A DNA stretch of 64,000 nucleotides from an uncultured bacterium (GCA_964482725.1 CAYZYT010000007.1:87945-151944), one strand, 5' to 3'. Counted from the stretch's first letter, positions 49,434 to 59,950 are shown. Numbers and translations: made by a program. The notes: a model not told the origin generated them from the sequence alone.

Positions 49434-52400
49434 ATGCCCCGACGAAGCGATATTAAAAAAGTTCTGATCATAGGATCCGGGCCGATCATTATCGGCCAAG
49501 CCTGCGAATTCGATTATTCCGGTACCCAGGCCTGTAAAGCGCTGAAAGAGGAGGGCTACGAGGTGGTCCTGGTGAATTCCAATCCTGCCACGATCATGAC
49601 GGATCCGGGGATGGCCCATAAAACTTATATTGAGCCGCTTACGGTCGAAAGTATTGAGAAGATCATTGAGATCGAGAGACCGGATGCTCTTCTGCCAAAT
49701 CTCGGCGGACAGACGGGTCTTAATCTTTCTTCGGCGCTCCACAAAGCGGGGGTGCTTAAAAAGTATAACGTAGAAGTGATCGGTGTGAAGGTGGACGCGA
49801 TCGAGCGAGGGGAAGACCGGATCATCTTTAAAGAAACGATGCAGAAGTTGGATATCCCGGTGCCTGTTTCGGAGCCGTGCTATTCCGTGGAGGAAGCCGA
49901 AAAGATCGCCGAGCGCCTGAAATATCCTGTGGTGCTGAGACCTGCGTACACGATGGGCGGGACCGGCGGCGGGATCGTTTATAACGTGGAGGAATTGCGC
50001 GAAATTACCGCTCGGGGCCTCTTGGCCAGTCTTATTCATCAGGTGTTGGTGGAAGAATCGGTCTTGGGATGGGAAGAGCTTGAACTCGAAGTTGTTCGGG
50101 ATGAAAAAGGGAAAAAGATCACCGTTTGTTTTATCGAGAATATCGATCCCATGGGCGTTCACACGGGGGACAGCTTTTGCGCGGCGCCGATGTTGACCGT
50201 GAAGCCCGAGCTCCAGAAGAAACTGCAGGATTATTCGTATAAGATCGTCGAGGCGATCGGTGTTATCGGCGGCACGAATGTCCAATTTGCGCATAACCCC
50301 AAAGATGGAAGAATTGTGGTGATCGAGATCAACCCCCGGACCTCCCGTTCTTCCGCGCTGGCCTCCAAAGCAACTGGTTTTCCGATCGCGTGGGTTTCCA
50401 CGAAGCTCGCCAGCGGGATTGACCTCAGCGAATTGCCGTACTGGAGAAAAGGGACGCTCGATCAATACGAACCGTGGGGCGATTATGTCGTGATCAAATT
50501 TGCTCGCTGGGCTTTTGAGAAATTCTCGCAAGCCAAGGATGTCTTGGGCACTCAGATGAAGGCGGTCGGCGAGGTCATGTCGATCGGGAAAACATTTAAG
50601 GAGTCTTTCCATAAAGCGATCCGGTCTCTGGAGATCAGCCGTTATGGGCTGGGCGGGGCCAAGGATTTCAAGAGTTTCTCATTGGAGCAGCTCAAGGCGC
50701 GTCTTGCCATGCCTTCCAGCGAAAGAGTCTTTTTGATGTATGAAGCGTTCAGGAAAGGCATGAGCATTGACGAATTGCATGAAATGACCATGATCGGGAA
50801 ATGGTTCCTTAAGGAAATAAAGGAATTGTGTGACTTTGAAGAAGAGATCTCGAAACTGAGTTTCGCGAAGCTTCCCCCGGATCAGCTGGTCCAGGCGAAA
50901 GAGTGGGGCTTCTCCGATAAATATCTCGCCAAGCTTTTTAGTGTTAAGGAAGAGACGGTAAGGAGAAAGCGCCTGGAACTTGGGAAGGTCGCTCGCTTTG
51001 AAGCCGTGCCCGTGAGTGGCGTTCAAAATGCGGCCTACTATTATTCCACCTACAGTTCCAAGGGGAAAGACGAATCTAAAGTTTCTTCCAAGAAAAAGAT
51101 CATGATCCTGGGGGGCGGACCCAATCGCATCGGGCAGGGGATCGAGTTCGATTATACCTGCGTGCACGCGGCCTTCGCGATCCGCGACGCGGGCTATGAA
51201 TCGATCATGATCAACTGTAACCCTGAAACTGTTTCTACGGATTACGATACCTCGAATAAACTCTATTTTGAACCGCTGACCGTGGAAGATGTCCTGGCGA
51301 TCTATGAGAAAGAAAAACCTGATGGCGTTATTGTCCAGTTCGGGGGGCAGACGCCGCTGAATATCGCGCAGGAATTGAAGGACCAGGGTGTCAAAATATT
51401 GGGGACGACCCCCGAGAGCATCCGGCTGGCCGAGGACCGGGAATGTTTCAGCGAGAAGATCAAAAAGCTGAATATCCCCCAACCGGAAAGCGGCATCGCG
51501 CGTTCTCTGGAGGAGGCGGTGAGTATTGCGAAAAGGATCGGTTACCCGCTGATGGTCCGGCCTTCTTTCGTGCTCGGTGGCCGGGGCATGGAGATCATCT
51601 ACGAAGAAGAGCGCCTGATAAAATATGCGGTCGAGGCGATCAATGTCAGTCCGGAATATCCTATGTTGATCGACAGATTTCTGGACCAGGCGCTTGAGGT
51701 GGAGGTCGATGCCCTCTGCGATGGCGAGGCAACCTTCGTGACCTCGATCATGGAACATATCGAATATGCGGGCGTTCACTCCGGAGATTCCGCCTGCGTG
51801 ATCCCGTCCCGGACCATTAGTGACAAGCATTTGAAGACGATCGAAAAATATACGGATCAGATCGCCCGGGAGCTTCAGGTGGTAGGCCTGATCAATATCC
51901 AGTACGCCATTTTTAAAGACAAGGTGTATATCCTGGAGGCCAATCCGCGCGCGTCCCGGACCGTGCCCCTTGTTGCGAAAGTGACCGGCATGCCCATCGC
52001 CCGTATCGCGACCCAGGTGATCCTCGGGAGGAAGATTAAGGATTTCCCCGAGCTCCGGCACAGGAAACTTCCGTATGTGGGCGTTAAAGAAGCCGTATTT
52101 CCGTTCAATATGTTTCCGGAAGTGGACCCGCTTCTGGGCCCGGAGATGAGGTCGACTGGGGAGGTGATGGGGATCGCCGGTTCTTTCGGCCTGGCATTTT
52201 ATAAAGCACAAGCCGCCACGGGCACAAAACTTCCTTTGGAGGGGAATGTCCTCTTGACGGTGGCCGACAAGGACAAGTCTGCGCTGGTGCCGATCGCCAA
52301 AAGGATCAAGGACCTTGGGTTTACGATCTACGCGACGGAAGGTACGAGCCGGCATCTCAAGGCTCAGGGCATTGAAACTGTTGAGATCAATAAGATCCCG

Positions 52401-52652
52401 GAAGGCCGGCCCAATATCGCCGACGCCATCAAAAATAAGGATCTACAGCTCATCATCAATACCCCGGTGGGAAAGAGTAGCAAATATGATGACAGTTTTA
52501 TCCGGAAGATGGCGATCCAGCACAAGATCCCTTATGTGACATCGATGATGGCGGCTGAGGCCAGTGTCGAAGGGATCGACGCGGCACAAAAAGGCAATAT
52601 TGCGCCGAGATCGCTCCAGGACTATTATCAGGAGCTGGATAAGGTCCACTAA
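49434..52652 (+). CDS. carB: Carbamoyl-phosphate synthase large subunit
   Basis: 1072 aa. Duplicated ATP-grasp halves and an MGS-like C-terminal domain. Confidence 0.95.
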   Translation: MPRRSDIKKVLIIGSGPIIIGQACEFDYSGTQACKALKEEGYEVVLVNSNPATIMTDPGMAHKTYIEPLTVESIEKIIEIERPDALLPNLGGQTGLNLSSALHKAGVLKKYNVEVIGVKVDAIERGEDRIIFKETMQKLDIPVPVSEPCYSVEEAEKIAERLKYPVVLRPAYTMGGTGGGIVYNVEELREITARGLLASLIHQVLVEESVLGWEELELEVVRDEKGKKITVCFIENIDPMGVHTGDSFCAAPMLTVKPELQKKLQDYSYKIVEAIGVIGGTNVQFAHNPKDGRIVVIEINPRTSRSSALASKATGFPIAWVSTKLASGIDLSELPYWRKGTLDQYEPWGDYVVIKFARWAFEKFSQAKDVLGTQMKAVGEVMSIGKTFKESFHKAIRSLEISRYGLGGAKDFKSFSLEQLKARLAMPSSERVFLMYEAFRKGMSIDELHEMTMIGKWFLKEIKELCDFEEEISKLSFAKLPPDQLVQAKEWGFSDKYLAKLFSVKEETVRRKRLELGKVARFEAVPVSGVQNAAYYYSTYSSKGKDESKVSSKKKIMILGGGPNRIGQGIEFDYTCVHAAFAIRDAGYESIMINCNPETVSTDYDTSNKLYFEPLTVEDVLAIYEKEKPDGVIVQFGGQTPLNIAQELKDQGVKILGTTPESIRLAEDRECFSEKIKKLNIPQPESGIARSLEEAVSIAKRIGYPLMVRPSFVLGGRGMEIIYEEERLIKYAVEAINVSPEYPMLIDRFLDQALEVEVDALCDGEATFVTSIMEHIEYAGVHSGDSACVIPSRTISDKHLKTIEKYTDQIARELQVVGLINIQYAIFKDKVYILEANPRASRTVPLVAKVTGMPIARIATQVILGRKIKDFPELRHRKLPYVGVKEAVFPFNMFPEVDPLLGPEMRSTGEVMGIAGSFGLAFYKAQAATGTKLPLEGNVLLTVADKDKSALVPIAKRIKDLGFTIYATEGTSRHLKAQGIETVEINKIPEGRPNIADAIKNKDLQLIINTPVGKSSKYDDSFIRKMAIQHKIPYVTSMMAAEASVEGIDAAQKGNIAPRSLQDYYQELDKVH

Positions 52653-52654
52653 AA

Positions 52655-53455
52655 ATGACGCGAGCCAAAATCCCGAGAGAAAAAATGACTCCAAGAAAGT
52701 GCGATGAGGATGTTCCTATCTTTGAGAATAAAAAGGTCAACGGTAAATATTTCAAGCTGACCTTTTGTTCGAAAAAACTGTCCAAGAATATCAAGCCCGG
52801 ACAGTTCCTTCACGTTCGCGTCAATCAAGGACAGGACCCTTATCTGAGACGCCCTTTCAGCTACTTTCGGATTTTACCCGGCAAAGTGGAGATCCTCTAT
52901 GAGGTTCTGGGTCGTGGCACTTGCATTCTTTCAGGAAAGAAAAAAGGAGATGTTCTCAGAGTGATGGGGCCGCTCGGAAATGTCTTCACGGAAAAACTCG
53001 GGAAAAAGAAGCGGATCCTGGTAGCGGGCGGGGTGGGTGTCCCGCCCCTCGTGTTCCTTGCCGAACAATATCCTACGGACTATCTTTTGATCGGGACCAA
53101 GTCCAAGGCTGAGCTCCTGCCGAAGGCAGAACTCAAAAAAGTGAAGGCTAAAGTCCTTTGCACCACGGAAGATGGTTCGTACGGGACGAAGGGACGCGTG
53201 ACCTTGTTGCTTGAAGAGATCCTGAAAGATCGTCACCCAGGGGAATTTTTCATCCAGACTTGCGGGCCCAAACCCATGATGAAGGCCGTGATCGCCCTTG
53301 CGGAGAAGTACGGCGTTGAAGGCGAGGCCTCATGGGATGAGAGTATGGCTTGTGGTGTCGGGGCCTGCCTGGGTTGCATGGTTAAGACCAAGGACGGATT
53401 GAAACGTGCTTGCGCGGACGGGCCGGTATTTAATTTTGAGGATCTAGAGCTGTGA
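52655..53455 (+). CDS. pyrK: Dihydroorotate dehydrogenase electron-transfer subunit (FAD/2Fe-2S)
   Basis: FNR-like fold. C-terminal CGVGACLGC cluster. Confidence 0.85.
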   Translation: MTRAKIPREKMTPRKCDEDVPIFENKKVNGKYFKLTFCSKKLSKNIKPGQFLHVRVNQGQDPYLRRPFSYFRILPGKVEILYEVLGRGTCILSGKKKGDVLRVMGPLGNVFTEKLGKKKRILVAGGVGVPPLVFLAEQYPTDYLLIGTKSKAELLPKAELKKVKAKVLCTTEDGSYGTKGRVTLLLEEILKDRHPGEFFIQTCGPKPMMKAVIALAEKYGVEGEASWDESMACGVGACLGCMVKTKDGLKRACADGPVFNFEDLEL

Positions 53456-54399
53456 AAGTCGATTTAACGACCAAGATCAAAAACCTGACCCTCAAGAATC
53501 CTATGACCGTAGCTTCCGGGACTTTCGGGACGACGGATGAGTATGCCGCCTATGTGGATCCCAAAAAACTTGGGGCGATTATCACCAAAACCATTACCGT
53601 GAAAGCCCGGGCCGGAAATCCGATGCCGCGGATCTGCGAGACCTCGTCCGGAATGCTGAATGCCATCGGGCTCCAGAATAAAGGCCTTGAGGATTTTATC
53701 GAACACAAGATCCCTTATTTTAAAAAGCTCGGCGTGCCGCTCATCGTGAGTATTGCCGGAGAATCCGTAGAGGAATTCGGAAGGCTTGCTAGAACTTTTG
53801 ACGGGATGAAAGATGTTGTGAAAGCGATTGAGGTGAATCTATCCTGCCCGAATGTCGAAGCCGCCGGCGTCGGAGGCATGAAAAAACAGGAACGCATTAC
53901 GGATGCGATCAAAGCGGTTCGTGGCGAGACGGATCTTCTCGCGTTCGCAAAGATCTCACCTGAACTCGGGGACGTTCTTGAGATCGCCGGGAAAGTCCTG
54001 GCGCAGGGGATGGACGGGATCAGCCTGATCAATACGCTTCGGGGGATGGCGGTCGATCTTCGGACGCGGAGTTCCAGGATCGCGAAGGATTTCGGGGGGC
54101 TGAGCGGTCCGGCGATCAAGCCGGTCGCGCTCCGCTATGTCTATCAGGTTAAAAAAGAATTCCAAGTGCCGGTCATTGCCTCCGGCGGTATCTCAAACGC
54201 CCAGGATGCCCTGGAATTTCTGATCGTGGGGGCGGATTTGCTCGCTATTGGGACGGCGAATTTCGTGGAGCCGCAAGCGACGCTTCAAATTCTGAAAGGG
54301 ATCGAAGATTTCTGCAAGAAAGAAAAGATCCATACTCTTGACGGGTTACGGGGGAGTTACATCCCTGCCGCAGAAAAAGGAGAAGGGTGCAACCGATGA
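53452..54399 (+). CDS. pyrD: Dihydroorotate dehydrogenase catalytic subunit (class 1B)
   Basis: NPMTVASGTFG. FMN-binding GGISNAQDALEFLIVGA. GTG start overlapping the pyrK stop. Confidence 0.9.
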   Translation: MKVDLTTKIKNLTLKNPMTVASGTFGTTDEYAAYVDPKKLGAIITKTITVKARAGNPMPRICETSSGMLNAIGLQNKGLEDFIEHKIPYFKKLGVPLIVSIAGESVEEFGRLARTFDGMKDVVKAIEVNLSCPNVEAAGVGGMKKQERITDAIKAVRGETDLLAFAKISPELGDVLEIAGKVLAQGMDGISLINTLRGMAVDLRTRSSRIAKDFGGLSGPAIKPVALRYVYQVKKEFQVPVIASGGISNAQDALEFLIVGADLLAIGTANFVEPQATLQILKGIEDFCKKEKIHTLDGLRGSYIPAAEKGEGCNR

Positions 54400-55136
54400 G
54401 CGAAATTTCCGTGCAGGATCGTTTGATCGTGGCGCTGGATGCCCCGACCCTTGAGATCGCCGAGCAGTGGCTCATTGAACTTAAGGGCGTGGTCCGTTAT
54501 TACAAGGTCGGGCTCGAACTCTTTGCAGCTCATGGCTGGAAGGCCGTGAACCTGGTGAAAAATTACGGAGGGCGTGTTTTTCTGGACCTCAAGCTTCATG
54601 ATATTCCGAACACCGTGAGTCGGACACTGGCGGCGGTGTGTGAACACGAAGTGGACATTGTAAATGTTCATGCCTTGGGAGGATTTGAAATGATGAAGGC
54701 GGCCCGCGAAGCCGTGGAGAAATATTCGTCTGGGCGAGTGATAAGGCCCAAGCTAATCGCTGTGACGATCCTCACGAGCCACAGCCAGGAGACATTGTCT
54801 AAGGACCTTTGCATTAAGCGTAAGATGAAAGACGAAGTGATCCATCTGGCAAGTCTTGCCCAAAAAGCCGGGCTTGACGGCGTGGTCTGTTCCCCCCTGG
54901 AAACCGGCTGGGTCCGGAAGAAGTGCGGCAAGGATTTTGTGATCGTGACCCCGGGTGTCCGTCCTGAAGGCGCGGCCGTGGGCGATCAGAAAAGAATCGA
55001 GACCCCCGAGAAGGCCGTAAAGAGCGGCGCCACTCACATCGTTGTCGGCCGCCCCATCACCCAGGCCGTTCATCCCAAAGAAGTCGCGCTCCAGATTTTG
55101 AGTTCGATGGCTTTCTCCTCGCCTTATAAGATCTAA
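54396..55136 (+). CDS. pyrF: Orotidine-5'-phosphate decarboxylase
   Basis: LIVALD, KVGLELF, DLKLHDIPNTV. ATG 54396 overlaps the pyrD stop (ATGA). The track ORF starts at GTG 54387. Confidence 0.9.
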   Translation: MSEISVQDRLIVALDAPTLEIAEQWLIELKGVVRYYKVGLELFAAHGWKAVNLVKNYGGRVFLDLKLHDIPNTVSRTLAAVCEHEVDIVNVHALGGFEMMKAAREAVEKYSSGRVIRPKLIAVTILTSHSQETLSKDLCIKRKMKDEVIHLASLAQKAGLDGVVCSPLETGWVRKKCGKDFVIVTPGVRPEGAAVGDQKRIETPEKAVKSGATHIVVGRPITQAVHPKEVALQILSSMAFSSPYKI

Positions 55137-55182
55137 CTTGTTGAAAATAAATAACTTACAAAAACGCACTCTGTGCTTTTCC

Positions 55183-55210
55183 TTGACAGCAGCACGGAAA
55201 CTTTTATAAT
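55183..55210 (+). promoter_or_regulatory. Near-consensus sigma-70 promoter (TTGACA-N16-TATAAT) upstream of yicC
   Basis: TTGACA at 55183-55188. TATAAT at 55205-55210. Confidence 0.55.
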
Positions 55211-55253
55211 ACGCCCTCCACATGGCCTATGATTTTCCTGAGACTCCATAAAT

Positions 55254-56132
55254 ATGATAAGAAGCATGACCGCTTTTGCCCGCGTGTCGGTTACGGCGGG
55301 CGGCAAACACTGGGTCGTCGAGATTAAGTCGCTGAACCAGCGGTATTTTGAACTTTCCTTGAGACTTCCGCCCGCGATGTACGCCTTCGAGGCGCAGGTG
55401 CGGCCTCTCGTCCAGTCGGTGATGCGCCGGGGAAAGATCACGCTCGGTATCGCGGAAGAGGGGCGAAACGGCGAGGCGCTTGTCTATGAGCTGGATCAGG
55501 ACCAGGTGAAGGCCTATCTCGCGTCTGCCAAGAAGATCAAAGCGAAGTTCAAGCTGGATGGCAAGCTGACCGTGGAAGAGATCATGCGGCTTCCCGGAGT
55601 GGTCAAGGAGAAACCTTCCCAGGATGCCGGGGATTGGAATTGGGTGAAACTTAGCGGACTTTTAAAGAAGGCCCTGGAGAAGGCGATCGGTCACAAGGAA
55701 GAAGAGGGCGAAAAGCTCGATAAGGATTTCCGGCAGCGACTGGATCACATCGCCAAGACGACGCACAAGATCGAGACCCTTGTGAAGGGTAATCAGAAGA
55801 TCTATTTTGAGAAACTCAAGGGTCGTCTCAAGGATCTTCTTGGGGATGAAAAACTTGATGAAGAGCGGCTTTACAGAGAAGTGGCGCTTCTGACTGAGCG
55901 TTCGGATATCACCGAAGAAACGGTCCGGATGAAAAGCCACCTGGAGCTTTTCGAAAAATGGCTCGGGCGGCAAGGCGAGATCGGACGCGAGCTTGATTTT
56001 CTTTGCCAGGAAATGAACCGGGAAGCGAATACGATGGCATCCAAGGCCCAACTTTTCGAGGTTTCTCAAGAAGCGATTGCGATCAAAAGCGAGATCGAAA
56101 AGATCCGCGAACAGGTCCAAAATGTCGAATAA
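55254..56132 (+). CDS. yicC: YicC-family stress-induced endoribonuclease-like protein
   Basis: MIRSMTAFA...SLNQRYFE...EMNREANTMASKAQ is collinear with E. coli YicC. Confidence 0.9.
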   Translation: MIRSMTAFARVSVTAGGKHWVVEIKSLNQRYFELSLRLPPAMYAFEAQVRPLVQSVMRRGKITLGIAEEGRNGEALVYELDQDQVKAYLASAKKIKAKFKLDGKLTVEEIMRLPGVVKEKPSQDAGDWNWVKLSGLLKKALEKAIGHKEEEGEKLDKDFRQRLDHIAKTTHKIETLVKGNQKIYFEKLKGRLKDLLGDEKLDEERLYREVALLTERSDITEETVRMKSHLELFEKWLGRQGEIGRELDFLCQEMNREANTMASKAQLFEVSQEAIAIKSEIEKIREQVQNVE

Positions 56133-56727
56133 GAAAATAGCGGCAGGGCAGGGGATTCTGGTGGTCCTGTCCGCGCCGTCCGGGTGCGGGAAAACAAGTA
56201 TTGTTGAGCGGCTTCTCAAACGCCACCAGGACTGGGTGCGTTCGATCTCGGCGACGACGCGCAAAGCCCGGGTGGATGAAAAAGACGCGCAGGATTATTT
56301 TTTTTATTCCAGGCCGGATTTTGAAAAAAAAGTTTCTGAAGGGAAGATGTTGGAACATGCCGAGATTTACGGTAATCTCTACGGCACCCCGAGGGAATTT
56401 GTGGAGGAACAAGTCGTAAGGGGCAAGACCGTGATCATGACGATTGATGTTCAGGGGACGAAACAGATCATGGATTCCTGGGGGAGGGAACGGTCGCTGC
56501 TCAGCATTTTTATCCTTCCTCCTTCGGTGAAGGTGTTGCGTGAGCGCCTCACGGGACGGAACACGGAAAGTCCTGAGGAGATCGAAAAACGGATCGAGAT
56601 CGCGCAGGATGAGATTAAGGCCGCGAAGATCTATAACCACACGGTGATCAACCAGAACCTGGATCAGGCGGTTCTCGAGGTCGAAGAAATTATTTTGAAT
56701 GTTTCAAAACAAAGGAGAAAAAAATAG
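56122..56727 (+). CDS. gmk: Guanylate kinase
   Basis: P-loop LSAPSGCGKTS. The yicC-gmk-rpoZ order is conserved. Confidence 0.9.
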   Translation: MSNKKIAAGQGILVVLSAPSGCGKTSIVERLLKRHQDWVRSISATTRKARVDEKDAQDYFFYSRPDFEKKVSEGKMLEHAEIYGNLYGTPREFVEEQVVRGKTVIMTIDVQGTKQIMDSWGRERSLLSIFILPPSVKVLRERLTGRNTESPEEIEKRIEIAQDEIKAAKIYNHTVINQNLDQAVLEVEEIILNVSKQRRKK

Positions 56728-56729
56728 CC

Positions 56730-56948
56730 ATGGCGTATATCGCATTAGAAAAGATCTTGTCGGAAAAAAACAAAAGCCTCTACAAAAGCGTTTTGACGGC
56801 TGCGGCTCGGGCGAATGAACTGGCTCAAGGTGCTCAGCCTCTCATCAAAACAGATTCCAAAAAGGTTGCGACCATCGCTCTTAACGAAATGGCTGCCAAG
56901 AAGGTCAGTTATGTTGAGATCAAAAAAAGCAAAAAGACTCTCGGGTAA
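56730..56948 (+). CDS. rpoZ: RNA polymerase omega subunit
   Basis: 72 aa. Motif LYKSVLTAAARANEL. Confidence 0.8.
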   Translation: MAYIALEKILSEKNKSLYKSVLTAAARANELAQGAQPLIKTDSKKVATIALNEMAAKKVSYVEIKKSKKTLG

Positions 56949-57495
56949 GACGGTTCTTCATATCCTGACGGGCAGTATCGCCGCCTATCGGGCCCCGGAA
57001 CTTATCAAAAAGATGAAGGACGATGGCGCGAGGGTGGTGTGTGTCATGACGGGCTGCGCCAAAGAGTTTGTGACGCCGACGGTGCTCCGCACCGTGACCG
57101 GCGAGCGCGTCTATTCCGAGATGTTCCCGCAGGATGCTCCCTTCGGCGTGCTTCACACGTCCCTTGCGGATCTTGCGGACCTTGTGCTTGTTTCTCCCGC
57201 GACGGCCAATTTTATCGCGAAAATGGCGACCGGTATTTCGGATGATCTCGCCAGTTGTCTCGTGCTTGCGACACCCAAACCCATCCTGGTCGCCCCGGCC
57301 ATGAACGACCATATGTACCTGCATCCGGTGACCCAGAAAAATATCGCCCAGCTCAAGGCTCTTGGGTATCATTTTGTGGATCCTATCGAAGGGGACCTGG
57401 CTTGCGGGCGCGTGGGGGTCGGCCATATCGCACCTGACGACGCCATCCTCGATTCGGTGAAGAGTATTCTTTCCCCAGAAGCTAGCCGCAGGTAA
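56911..57495 (+). CDS. coaC: Phosphopantothenoylcysteine decarboxylase (CoaC flavoprotein domain) as a separate ORF
   Basis: KTVLHILTGSIAAYRAPELI...PAMNDHMYLHPVTQKNI. Ends with TAA at 57493-57495. Confidence 0.75.
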   Translation: MLRSKKAKRLSGKTVLHILTGSIAAYRAPELIKKMKDDGARVVCVMTGCAKEFVTPTVLRTVTGERVYSEMFPQDAPFGVLHTSLADLADLVLVSPATANFIAKMATGISDDLASCLVLATPKPILVAPAMNDHMYLHPVTQKNIAQLKALGYHFVDPIEGDLACGRVGVGHIAPDDAILDSVKSILSPEASRR

Positions 57496-57500
57496 CTTCC

Positions 57501-58175
57501 GTGGCGCCTCGCCTCAAAAAGATCCTTATTACCGCCGGGCCGACGCGTGAGATGCTCGATCCCGTGAGATTTCTTTCCAACCTTTCGACCGGGGAAATGG
57601 GCTATGCGCTCGCAAAAGTCGCCGTCTCCGAAGGTTATCAGGTAAGCCTTGTCAGCGGTCCGACGGGTCTCAAGTCTCCCCCAGGTGCGAAATTCTATGC
57701 CGTGACTTCGGCCCTTCAAATGAAGAAGGTTTGCGCGGAACTTTTTCCGAGGCACGACGCTCTAATCATGACAGCGGCGGTTTGCGATTTCATGCCCGCT
57801 GGGGTGGGTCGGCACAAGATCCCGAGCGCAGAGGGGATGACGCTAAAACTCAAACGGACGCCGGATATCCTGGCGTCGCTCGCAAAACGAAAAGGCCGCA
57901 GGGTGGTGATCGGGTTTTGCCTTGAGACCCGTGACCTGATACGGCGTGCCACAGAGAAGCTTATAAGGAAGAGACTCGATGGTATCGTCGCAAATTTTTT
58001 TGGCGCCGGACATATCCCGTTCGGGAAGCGGCGCGTGGAGGTCCATTTGGTCGATGAGGACGGCAAGGTTCGGAGAATCGCGAATCGGTCCAAAGGGCAG
58101 GTTGCAAAGGCTCTTTTGCATTGGATGGAGAGTTTGGCTCAACATTCACTCAAGGCGCCTAAAAATCTATTTTGA
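57501..58175 (+). CDS. coaB: Phosphopantothenate-cysteine ligase (CoaB domain) as a separate ORF
   Basis: ILITAGPTREMLDPVRFLSNLSTGEMG. GTG start 6 nt after the coaC stop. Confidence 0.75.
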   Translation: MAPRLKKILITAGPTREMLDPVRFLSNLSTGEMGYALAKVAVSEGYQVSLVSGPTGLKSPPGAKFYAVTSALQMKKVCAELFPRHDALIMTAAVCDFMPAGVGRHKIPSAEGMTLKLKRTPDILASLAKRKGRRVVIGFCLETRDLIRRATEKLIRKRLDGIVANFFGAGHIPFGKRRVEVHLVDEDGKVRRIANRSKGQVAKALLHWMESLAQHSLKAPKNLF

Positions 58176-58356
58176 AAATCCGAAAAGTGATTATAATGAG
58201 CAAAATTTCAGGGTTGAATTTTTAGGGCCTTTTTGAGCTGAATAAAAGGTTTGCCCCGCCAGAGTCTTAGTCGGCTTCGGACGGGAACGCGAGAGAAAAA
58301 TAAGCGGAAACAATTTTGTATTGTTAAACGGAATAAGACTCGAACGGAGGGACATC

Positions 58357-58836
58357 GTGAAATTCTTCACAAAAAAATTCGCAGCTATTTTGATCCTGCC
58401 ACTTATGCTGAGTGGGTGTGCGACCGAGAGCGGCCTGAGTGAGCGTGAAACGGGTGGCTTGGCGGGTGCGGCGCTTGGAGCGGGGATCGGAGCTCTTGCC
58501 GGAAGCGCGACGGGGCACGCAGGGGTCGGTACGGCCATCGGAGCGGGCGCCGGTCTTTTAACGGGGGTGGTGGCGGGTGAGATGGCGCGTCGCCAGAAGG
58601 AACAAACCAAAAAGGAACTGCGGCAGGAGATGATGCAACAACAGTATCAGCCGCAGTATTCGCCTCAGCCGGTTACGACCCAAGGGACGACACCGGTTCA
58701 GCAGCAACCCGTCTACACGCCGCCCGCGGTGAAGCAGGAGCTGAACACAAAATATAATCCAAGGACGGGCCAGACATTTCCTTCGAATTACACTTTTGAC
58801 CCCAATACCGGCGAAGAGCTGAAGTTGCTCCAATAA
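58357..58836 (+). CDS. Lipoprotein with glycine-zipper domain and Gln/Pro-rich C-terminus
   Basis: Lipobox LSGC. GxxxG run GGLAGAALGAGIGALAGSATGHAGVGTAIGAGAG. GTG start with GGAGGG RBS. Confidence 0.6.
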   Translation: MKFFTKKFAAILILPLMLSGCATESGLSERETGGLAGAALGAGIGALAGSATGHAGVGTAIGAGAGLLTGVVAGEMARRQKEQTKKELRQEMMQQQYQPQYSPQPVTTQGTTPVQQQPVYTPPAVKQELNTKYNPRTGQTFPSNYTFDPNTGEELKLLQ

Positions 58837-58840
58837 ACCC

Positions 58841-59950
58841 ATGAAAAATCCCATAAAGTCTAAAAAGATTATGAGAATCGGAATACTGACTGGCGGGGGT
58901 GATTGCCCGGGGTTGAACGCGGTTATCCGCGCTGTCACCAAGTCGGCTATTGCGAACTACGGGTGGGAGGTTTTTGGGATCGAGGATGGTTATGCGGGGT
59001 TGATCGAAAAACGTGGTCATGCGTTGACCCAGGCCCAAGTGTCGGGAATCCTCACCCTGGGGGGGACCATCCTCGGGACGTCGAACCGTGCGGATCCGTT
59101 CAGGGTCCCTGTGGTCAAGGGGAAGAAAATCGTTTTTGAGGATCACTCCGACCAGTCGATCGAAAATTTTAGGCAGTGGGGCTTGGATGTTCTGGTGGCT
59201 GTCGGAGGCGACGGGACGCTTTCCATCGCCAATCATCTTTGTCGCAAGGGGATCCCGGTCGTTGGAATTCCAAAGACCATTGATAACGATTTGAGCGGTA
59301 CGGACTATACGTTCGGTTTTCAAACGGCGGTGAGTATCTGTACTGAAGCGATCGATCGGCTTCATACGACCGCTGCCGCGCATCATCGGGTGATGATCCT
59401 CGAGGTCATGGGGAGGAATGCCGGTTGGATCGCGTTGCATTCCGGTTCTGCGGGGGGCGCGGATATCATCTTGATCCCGGAAGTTTCGTACTCGATGGAC
59501 GCCATCTGCAAAGCTGTCAAAAAACGGGCGCTGCATGGAAAAAAATTCAGCCTGATCGTCGCGGCCGAAGGGGCGAAAGAAAAAGGCGGGAAGGTTATTG
59601 AGAAAAAGAGTGATCCTAAGAATCCCTATCCGATCAAACTCGGAGGCGTCGGAAAATACCTTGAGGAATGTCTCGAGAAATCCACGGGGCTCGAAACTCG
59701 TTCGGCGAGTCTGGGGCACATTCAACGGGGAGGTTCTCCTGTGCCCGCGGACCGAAATTTGGGGACGCTTTTCGGAACGCATGCCGTGGAGTTGATACGT
59801 CAACAGAAGTGGGGGCAGATGGTTTGCTTGCAGGGGAGCGTGGTCAAGTCCATCCCGATCGAGGAAGCCGTCGACAAATTGAAAGTTGTGATGCCGGACA
59901 ATCCTCTTGTCTTAGCCAGCGAAGCCGTTGGAATTTGCTTTGGGCGATAA
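58841..59950 (+). CDS. pfkA: 6-phosphofructokinase
   Basis: GGDCPGLNAVIRAV, GGDGT, MGR motifs. Confidence 0.9.
   Translation: MKNPIKSKKIMRIGILTGGGDCPGLNAVIRAVTKSAIANYGWEVFGIEDGYAGLIEKRGHALTQAQVSGILTLGGTILGTSNRADPFRVPVVKGKKIVFEDHSDQSIENFRQWGLDVLVAVGGDGTLSIANHLCRKGIPVVGIPKTIDNDLSGTDYTFGFQTAVSICTEAIDRLHTTAAAHHRVMILEVMGRNAGWIALHSGSAGGADIILIPEVSYSMDAICKAVKKRALHGKKFSLIVAAEGAKEKGGKVIEKKSDPKNPYPIKLGGVGKYLEECLEKSTGLETRSASLGHIQRGGSPVPADRNLGTLFGTHAVELIRQQKWGQMVCLQGSVVKSIPIEEAVDKLKVVMPDNPLVLASEAVGICFGR

Noticed and set aside
50679-52355. 558-aa minus-strand ORF inside carB (also 49410..50612 -, 400 aa)
   Set aside because: Completely embedded antisense to carB. The His/Arg/Pro-rich composition is typical of antisense translation of GC-rich genes.
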